NCBI GenBank assembly: GCA_033442325.1
Contig: JAWQFM010000041.1
Coordinates: 1 to 7,580 of the forward strand
DNA length: 7,580 nt
Reading direction: 5' to 3'
DNA from: Salpingoeca rosetta
Taxonomy: Eukaryota > Protista > Choanoflagellata
Within the stretch, counting starts at the first letter, position 1, and every line of letters starts with the position of its first letter. The notes beneath the pieces are model-generated. The model had not been told where the DNA came from, did no database searches, and was given only the letters and a program-made list of their open reading frames with translations. Shown in pieces: positions 1-6,060 of this stretch. The position numbers and the translations under genes are program-made.

Positions 1-105
1 TAGAGGACAGGGGAAGGGGAACCGAAAGAGACAGGGAAGGATATCCAAGCGCGTTGAACAACGCAAGGACGGCTACATGAAAATTGACTACCGATGATAA
101 CGACG

Positions 106-106
<1 letters not shown>

Positions 107-172
<66 letters not shown>
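107..172. repeat. (CA)33 microsatellite, read as (UG)33 in the COA6 3' UTR
   Basis: Perfect CA run 107..172, starting 4 nt after the COA6 stop codon on the minus strand. Confidence 0.97.
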
Positions 173-175
<3 letters not shown>

Positions 176-176
176 T

Positions 177-758
177 TCATGGTGATTCGCTGTCTTCTTT
201 CTCCTTGAGCTTGTAGCCTTGTGTCAACAGTTTTTGTCTGTACTGGTCGTACATGTGTCTTCGCTCAAAGTGGCGCACCTGAAAAGGAAGGAGGGAGGGA
301 GAGTTGTGCGTGCGTGCGTGAGGGTGTATGTTTGTGCGGGGTCTGGCGTTTGAGTGTGTGTATGCGTGTGCAGCGTGTTGCTGTGTCGTGTGCACAAGCA
401 GGGATTTCAATCAACACACACACACACACACTCTCTCTCTCACTCTCACAGACACACTCTCACACACACACACACACAGACACACGCACACAAACGCACA
501 CAAACGCACACACATACAAACACACACTCACACACACATACAAATGCGCACACATACATACACAGACATGAACCGAACAACACAAGGCCCTCCCTCCCTC
601 ACATCACGGCTCACCCATGCCGTGGGGCACTGTTCATAGAACTTCTTCTTCAAGTCATCGCATGCTTCCTTGCCCTTTGTTGCGCAGCAGTGATAGTACT
701 CATCGCGTGCTGCCCAGCACGCCTTGCGCTGCTCCTTGCTCACAACCCCTTCGCTCAT
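177..758 (-). CDS. COA6: Cytochrome c oxidase assembly factor 6 (COX6B-like twin-Cys family); 2 exons, complement(join(177..278,615..758)), 81 aa
   Basis: The spliced product is MSEGVVSKEQRKACWAARDEYYHCCATKGKEACDDLKKKFYEQCPTAW|VRHFERRHMYDQYRQKLLTQGYKLKEKEDSESP. It has C14-X9-C24 and C33-X10-C44 plus the COA6 hallmarks R-x-x-CW-x-ARDEY and CP-x-x-W-V-x-x-F-x-x-R. The phase-0 intron has donor TGG|GTGAGC at 614 and acceptor CCTTCCTTTTCAG|GTG at 279. Splicing joins the ORF-track pieces 528..782 and 177..410. Confidence 0.92.
279..614 (-). other. 336-nt GT-AG intron of COA6 with a GU-rich 5' half and CA-rich 3' half
   Basis: Canonical splice sites and a polypyrimidine tract. Removing it restores the COA6 reading frame. 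Confidence 0.9.
414..566. repeat. Compound imperfect (CA)n/(CT)n microsatellite inside the COA6 intron
   Basis: Runs of CACA, CTCT and CAAACGCACA, seen directly. Confidence 0.9.
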
Positions 759-966
759 CTTGTTGCACAGATTTGGGTGCACTTAATTTATGGTGTCGCA
801 CTGGGTTGGCGGATATGGAAGTGCTTCTCGTAGAGGCCGCCGCTGTCATGCCTGCATGTGCGCGTGTGTGCTCTTTCGCGTGTATGTAATTGTGTGAGTG
901 CGCCCCTCATTTGCGCGACGGTCGCATTAAACACCAGAGAGACAAGTCGCGCTGTGGCTGGATGCG

Positions 967-972
967 TTTATT
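967..972 (-). promoter_or_regulatory. Candidate polyadenylation signal AATAAA of the CDIN1-like gene
   Basis: TTTATT on the plus strand, about 190 nt downstream of the stop at 1164 and before the COA6 start. Confidence 0.45.
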
Positions 973-989
973 GCGGCTCATAATTGTAC

Positions 990-1022
990 TGTGGTGTGGT
1001 GGTGTGGTGGTGTGATGTGATG
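990..1022. repeat. Short imperfect (TGTGG/TGG)n tandem repeat
   Basis: tgtggtgtggtggtgtggtggtgtgatgtgatg, seen directly. Confidence 0.7.
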
Positions 1023-1163
1023 ACACGCAAACGCAACATATGACATGACAACCTCACATGCGTGAGCAACAAACGCTTCCCTCAACCCAGACCCAAGGAC
1101 CCATGGCCTCGCTCCTTCGCTCGCTCCCTTCCCCTCTCAAGCCTTCAAGCTCCCTTCAGAGCT

Positions 1164-2459
1164 TCAGTGCCTCGTGCGGCGCCTGTGTGGCGGCACGTAG
1201 ACCTCCGTTTGCCTTTGCTCCTCCTGGTCCTGGGTACCTTCAGTGCTACGTGTGGTTGTGAGCCCATCCAGGCCGGGCGGGGTAGAGACGCTGCGCGTGT
1301 GGCGGCGGCGGCGGCGATGCAGATGTTTCTGATCGCCACCGTGGCCCCAGCGAGCATTGGGATGAGGATGATGTGGCTGCCTCCCGTTTGGCCTGCTCAC
1401 TCCGCTGTTGCGGCGGCGTGTCTCCGGTGAGGCCGGAGCAGAGGTTGTCACGGGAGTGTTTGCGTAAGCACGCGTATTGCCACAGTTGGCATCATAGCCG
1501 TATCCATAGCCGTCGCCCAGCATGTGCAATGATGAAGCACTGCTGTCAACAGAGGAGTCACGGGTGTTGCTGCCACTGCTGCTGACGCTGTGGTCGTCTT
1601 GGTAATCCTGGTAGTTGGAGTTCATGAACGACGAGAGTTCGCGCTCACCGTGGCGCTGCAGCAACCTGCCCATGTTCGTGGCTGTCTCACCATCCTGCTC
1701 ATATGTTCGTTGCTGACGTTGCTGACGTTGCTGGCGGTGGTGGTGATGATGGCGGTGTTCGTCGCTTCTGCTGCCTCCGCTTCCTTTGCTGTCTCCGCTT
1801 CCTCTGCTGCCCCCACTTCCTCGTTTGTGCTTGCCACCCCAACCTCTGCTGCTGCTGACGGTGGTGGTGGTGGTGTGCTGTCGGATGCGCGTCCAGAAGG
1901 TGACTTTGGCGGCGCGTTCCTCGCCAAGCACGCGAAGCGCCCACTGCTCCAGCTGCGTGCTGAGCGGTACCTGGTGCATGAGCACGATCCCGGCGCCGTG
2001 CATGTCCACGTACTTTCGCAGCTTGCGCCCAAAGTCGTGCAGCAGCCGCGGGCAGGATGTCCTCGGGAAGGTGAGCCCGGACTTTACGTCAATCCACTGC
2101 ACGCATGCACCGTTGATGGTCGTGGGCGAGTGGAACTTGATGTCTGGGGTGGCCACGTTTGTCTCGTGCGTCTTCTTCATCTCGGCCTCCACCAGGTACG
2201 CGCTGCGCGGCACGCCCATGGCCGCCAAGTCCGCTGTGAGCTGCACCTCCGCGTGCGTGGCCTGGCGCGGCTTCGTCTGCGCGTCCCTGTACGTGTACGC
2301 GGAGATTTTGTCTGTCTTGCTGCGGTGCGTGACCTGCTCGAACCAGAACCTGCGGTTTGCCTCGTCCGTCTTGGAGTAGTAGCGTTTCCCCTTGACGCAG
2401 AGGGCGCCCTCCAGCGCAATCAGCTCCAGCTCCTTGTCGGCAGCCACCATCGCCAGCCA
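1164..2459 (-). CDS. CDIN1/C15orf41-like (TPD family) PD-(D/E)XK nuclease, C-terminal part, with a long low-complexity tail
   Basis: HAEVQL...YLVEAEMK...ATPDIKFHSPTTINGACVQWIDVKS...LRKYVDMHGAGIVL aligns by eye, in motif order and spacing, with the CDIN1 nuclease domain as I recall it (EHEVLL...FLDEDQLR...[25 protein letters not shown]...FWSYWNRFGPGLVI). TPD is at 2142..2150 and WIDVK at 2082..2096. Codons in this frame are strongly G/C-ending. Confidence 0.8.
   Translation of the reverse strand, partial: WLAMVAADKELELIALEGALCVKGKRYYSKTDEANRRFWFEQVTHRSKTDKISAYTYRDAQTKPRQATHAEVQLTADLAAMGVPRSAYLVEAEMKKTHETNVATPDIKFHSPTTINGACVQWIDVKSGLTFPRTSCPRLLHDFGRKLRKYVDMHGAGIVLMHQVPLSTQLEQWALRVLGEERAAKVTFWTRIRQHTTTTTVSSSRGWGGKHKRGSGGSRGSGDSKGSGGSRSDEHRHHHHHRQQRQQRQQRTYEQDGETATNMGRLLQRHGERELSSFMNSNYQDYQDDHSVSSSGSNTRDSSVDSSASSLHMLGDGYGYGYDANCGNTRAYANTPVTTSAPASPETRRRNSGVSRPNGRQPHHPHPNARWGHGGDQKHLHRRRRRHTRSVSTPPGLDGLTTTRSTEGTQDQEEQRQTEVYVPPHRRRTRH
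1708..1874. repeat. Coding tandem repeats: 9-nt GTTGCTGAC (RQQ)n, an approximately 18-nt unit (GSGGSR/GSGDSK) and (GGT)n (poly-Thr)
   Basis: Seen directly; they encode the low-complexity tail of the CDIN1-like protein. Confidence 0.75.
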
Positions 2460-3412
2460 TTCTCCTCTGTAAACTCGGGTAGCGCAGCGGTGCGATCAGT
2501 GTCCGTGCTGGTGTCCGTGCTGGTGCCCGTGGTGTCATCATTATCATCATCGTCGTCGTTGTCGCCGTTGAATGTGGAGCCAGCATCGTTGTTATCAACA
2601 TTGCCGTCATCAGCATCGTCGTCATCATTCCTGTTCTGCTCAAGACCATCCTCATCATTCTCGTCGTCGTCGCTGTCAACGGCGGCGTTGCGGAGGCATT
2701 CGCGCGCCTGGAGGACGAGGGCAATGCGCTTGCGGTTGTGGACCATGAGGCGAAGAAACGCCTCGTCCTCCACAATGTGGAAGAGCTCCGTCTTGGCGGT
2801 GGGGTCGAGGTGGTGCGGCGTGAGGCAGAAGTACTTGCTGAAGAGGCCGCCAACCAGCGCCATGCCCAGCGCAGTGACGCCAATGTTGTGCCTGCGGGCA
2901 AGCGTTTGCAGGTTCAGTTCGCGGCGGCGCCCGCGCGTCTCCCGAAACTCGTGCTGCCTGCGGTAGAGCGCCTGCATGTTGAGGTTCGACATGCGCTTCT
3001 GCCAGTCCATGAACAGCGTGACAACGAGCGCCTGCCTGCTGTGGGCAAAGGCGGGGCGGAGCTGGCGATTCAACGCGGAGAACGCGCGCCCCCCAACAGC
3101 AGCGCGCACGTCCTTGTGGCTGTGGCACGGCTGATGCACGTCCACAGGGGTTGGCAGCGACTGGAAGATGCGCTCGATGACTTGGTCGTCCACGCGGACA
3201 TCCTGCCGCCAATTCGGGTTGACGTAGCTGGTGCTGGTGCTGGCTGTGGGGGTGATTGCCGGCTTGATGGTGGAAGTGGAACTCAGGGAACTGGAGGGCA
3301 TGTCGAGGCAAGGGGTTGGATCAGGTGTGGGAAGAAGCCCTTCTGGCTTGTATGCGTAGGTCTGCTGCTCTTGGCGAGGAGGGTAATGGGACCGAGAACG
3401 GTTGTCGTTCAT
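2420..3412 (-). CDS. CDIN1/C15orf41-like protein, N-terminal helical (HTH-like) part; probably one gene with 1164..2459 (about 749 aa if the frame is restored)
   Basis: RQLRPAFAHSRQALVVTLFMDWQKR and LQTLARRHNIGVTALGMALV resemble the CDIN1 N-terminal segments [26 protein letters not shown] and [20 protein letters not shown] (recalled, by-eye comparison). The ATG is at 3412. The ORF overlaps the downstream ORF, which lies in the -1 frame. Confidence 0.65.
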   Translation of the reverse strand: MNDNRSRSHYPPRQEQQTYAYKPEGLLPTPDPTPCLDMPSSSLSSTSTIKPAITPTASTSTSYVNPNWRQDVRVDDQVIERIFQSLPTPVDVHQPCHSHKDVRAAVGGRAFSALNRQLRPAFAHSRQALVVTLFMDWQKRMSNLNMQALYRRQHEFRETRGRRRELNLQTLARRHNIGVTALGMALVGGLFSKYFCLTPHHLDPTAKTELFHIVEDEAFLRLMVHNRKRIALVLQARECLRNAAVDSDDDENDEDGLEQNRNDDDDADDGNVDNNDAGSTFNGDNDDDDDNDDTTGTSTDTSTDTDRTAALPEFTEENGWRWWLPTRSWS

Positions 3413-3583
3413 GCTGGTTGTATTGGGATCAGAAGGATGAAAATGAAAGGAACGTGGGAACGGGAATGTTGTGGAGACGGGTGGGAAGTGTCTGGTTTGT
3501 AGACTAGCTGAGCGTTGTCGACGAGAGCTGGCTTGTTCAAACTGGCCTAAACCTTAGTTGTTTGGTTCCTGGCAATAAGTTGA

Positions 3584-3977
3584 TGTAGTGAGACAGCACT
3601 ACAATACAAATCCTGAACTTAAGTGTCGTGAAGGAGTGTCAAGGCCGAACTTAAGGGTATCAAGGCATAGTCCTCCCGGAGTTCAGGACCAACACAGATT
3701 CCGAACCACACAACAGAACGGAACTACCACTCCTCACCAAGGACACCAACACCCAAGATCCGACCCCCTTGCTCGTCTCTCTTGACCTTGTGCCTGTCTC
3801 TACTTTCCTTGCTTGATTGTTGTCACTTATCTTATCACTCCACTTATCTCATCGCCCCATCCTATTACCCTGTCTTCTTTACTTGCGACTACGTCTCCCG
3901 CACAGTATACAGCAAGACCCTACTCTAAGTCCCAGTCAAACACTCTTACACACACACAGACCAGTCACATCACAACA
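3584..3977 (+). repeat. Putative 5' LTR (about 394 bp)
   Basis: Ends TCACAACA at 3977, 2 nt before the PBS. The start TGTAGTGA (3584) is a 7/8 inverted match to the end. Alternative starts are TGTCGTGA (3624, 7/8) and TGTTGTG (3467, 7/7). The 3' LTR is outside the window, so the start cannot be confirmed. Confidence 0.55.
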
Positions 3978-3979
3978 CT

Positions 3980-3987
3980 TGGTAGCG
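3980..3987 (+). promoter_or_regulatory. Primer binding site TGGTAGCG (initiator-Met tRNA type)
   Basis: The context is CA-ct-TGG directly after the LTR end. TGGTAGC is complementary to the 3' end (GCUACCA) of animal and budding-yeast tRNAiMet. Confidence 0.8.
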
Positions 3988-4060
3988 ATTGTCGTTCTAC
4001 GATTCTCACCCGCATATCTCTCTGTATACCTCCCAACTTCCCAACCTTTATCAGGTCACG

Positions 4061-6060
4061 ATGCCCCGCTCTACTCCTTCGGTTTCCAGCGCCAATGCTA
4101 TCAACGCTCCTCGTCTTCAGGAGGACGCCAAGCCATGCGTCTCGGACCTTGTTGCCAAGCTTGTGGACAAGCCCTTCGACAACCTGGAATGGTTCGCCAA
4201 CTTGTGCAAGCTCTACGGCTCCCACCCGATGGACAATCTCAAGTACGCCATCCCGAAGACGAACGACGATAGCTTCTCGCGGATTGCGCTGGACTTCTGC
4301 CAGGAACATGCCGACACGGCGCAGGCGAGTACCGAGGACAAGGACAAGCTCTGGCAAGTCTTTCTCAACACGTGCTCGGCTCGCTTCGCCCCCCGATGTG
4401 ATTGGTCTCGGCACATGGACATCGCCCACCTGGAGATTCGCACGGACGAGGACCACGCCGCGTACTCGGAGCGCGCCCGCAGCCTGCTGGCCAACGTCAA
4501 TCCCGAGCTTCACGTGGTGTGCACGTACCTCGCCGGGTTCCACGACACGCGTCTGCAGCTCTTCATCTCGGACAAGCAGCCCAAGACTCTGCACGACGCC
4601 ATCATCCTCGTGGACCGGTACTTCTCCATCGTGCGCAGCAAGCGCCGCCACGACACGGCCTCTTCCGACCTCAAGCGCAGCAAGCGCTTTCCACCACAAC
4701 AACCGCCGCGCTCGCACCAGCCTCGCATGAGGAACCGTCGTCCCAAACAGCATCAGCTTCGCAAACTGCCACCGTGCAGTCGGTGCGGTCGCACCAACCA
4801 TGTCGTCAGTGATTGCCATGCTCGGCGTCACGTGAATGGCAAACAGTTGGATGGGCCAACGGCCACCAACACGGTGCGTGTCAACCCGACACAAGCCGGT
4901 GCTGAGCTGCATGATGCCTCGCACGTTCCTCCGCCTCCGCCTCCTCGACGTCTTCCACGAGTTGATCCAGCTGAGTCTGTTTCGCAGCTCACTGAGTCCG
5001 TGAAGCAAATTGGCATCGTTGAGGACATGCAATTTGACGAGGAAGGCAGGCCGGTCACCGTTGTGTCCGTGAACGCTTGCACCCGCAACTCCTCTTTGAT
5101 TAGCACTAATGTGCTCTTCTGTAACAAGAGGCTGCGAGCGCTTGTGGACACTGGGGCCGAGAGGTCATTGTGTAAACTCAGCAACTTTTCTGAGACACGT
5201 CCCGGAGCTAAGCTTACGCTTGCTCTCGCGGATGGCAGCACCAGCACCACCGATCGTTACGCCACTGGCAAGATCGAGTGGTGTGGCCATGTCACCAGCA
5301 TGTGCCTGCCAGCAGTGAAAGATCTCTCTGTGGATCTCCTGCTCGGTATGGATTGGCTGCAACGGGCCCAACCCGTTTTCGACTTCAACAGTGGCACGAT
5401 TTCGCGCAAATGTAAGTCTAGCCAAGTAGATGTACACAGTTTATGCACAAAGTATGCACCTGTGTTTTTGGATTTGACTTGTATGCCTCCCTCTCGAGGA
5501 GAGTTGGATGTGGATATCCCACTTGTCACTAATGCGATGCCCCCCAAGTCACGGTGCTATCGCCTGAGCTCACATGAGTTCACCACAATGCAGGAAACGG
5601 TCAAGGACCTCTTGGACAAGGGGTGGATCCAACCGTCCACTTCATCTTGGGTTTCTCCTGTACTATTTGTGGTTAAAAAGGACAAGAACTTGAGGATGTG
5701 TGTGGACTACCGTGCATTGAATGCATTAACGATCCCTAACAGATACCCTTTGCCCCTGCTGTCCGAACTCATTACAAAAGCATCTGGACATTCTCTGTTT
5801 ACATCACTTGATCTTAAATCCGCATATCACCAAGTGAGACTCAAACCAAAAGCACGAGAGCTGACAGCATTCTTCGCACCTGGTATGGGTCAGTTTGAGT
5901 ACACGGTCCTTCCTTTCGGGCTGGCAAACGCTCCTGCCCAATACCAACGCATCATGGATCACATTTTGAAAAATCTTCCCTCCGAAAACGTCTCCTGTTA
6001 CTTGGATGACATTCTCATTCACTCTTCAAATGGGATTGATAATCATCTCCAAATTGTTGA
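4061..6060 (+). CDS. gag-pol: Gag-Pol polyprotein, part 1: capsid-like region, CCHC zinc knuckle, aspartic protease, reverse transcriptase (interrupted by the gap)
   Basis: The first ATG after the PBS is at 4061; the ORF-track start at 3989 is a TTG. CSRCGRTNHVVSDC (CX2CX4HX4C) is at 4775..4816. ALVDTGA has its Asp at 5147..5149, followed by DLLLGMDWL. The RT contains LDLKSAYHQV and YLDD (5999..6010). There is no stop or frameshift between gag and pol. Confidence 0.95.

Noticed and set aside
2-100. Short open frame RGQGKGNRKRQGRISKRVEQRKDGYMKIDYR on the plus strand
   Set aside because: Too short and with no recognisable motif; more likely the COA6 3' UTR or intergenic DNA, though the end of a convergent gene cannot be excluded.
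221-889. Plus-strand ORFs 221..571, 328..639, 354..833 and 617..889
   Set aside because: These are THTH-type translations of microsatellite and the antisense of COA6; no protein signal.
1590-3502. Long plus-strand ORFs (1590..2966, 1786..2379, 2738..3502) and alternative minus frames (2089..2901, 2676..3311)
   Set aside because: Shadow ORFs expected from GC-rich codon bias of the CDIN1-like gene; no domain motifs.
3611-3688. Repeats in the LTR as a CRISPR-like or ncRNA array
   Set aside because: Only two copies of 9-10 nt units in a eukaryotic context; no regular repeat-spacer structure.
3721-3990. Tf1-style self-priming (LTR sequence complementary to the PBS)
   Set aside because: Only a 6-nt complement, CTACCA (3724..3729), was found. 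That is too short, and the TGG start fits tRNA priming.
4928-4945. Poly-proline run after the zinc knuckle as a viral late domain
   Set aside because: No PPxY, P(T/S)AP or YPxL motif; likely a flexible NC-PR linker.
3813-5032. Antisense ORF 3965..5032 (355 aa) and overlapping plus-strand ORF 3813..4730
   Set aside because: Explained by the extreme G/C-ending codon use in gag. The translations show no recognisable domain, and the plus-strand one starts at a non-ATG codon inside the LTR.
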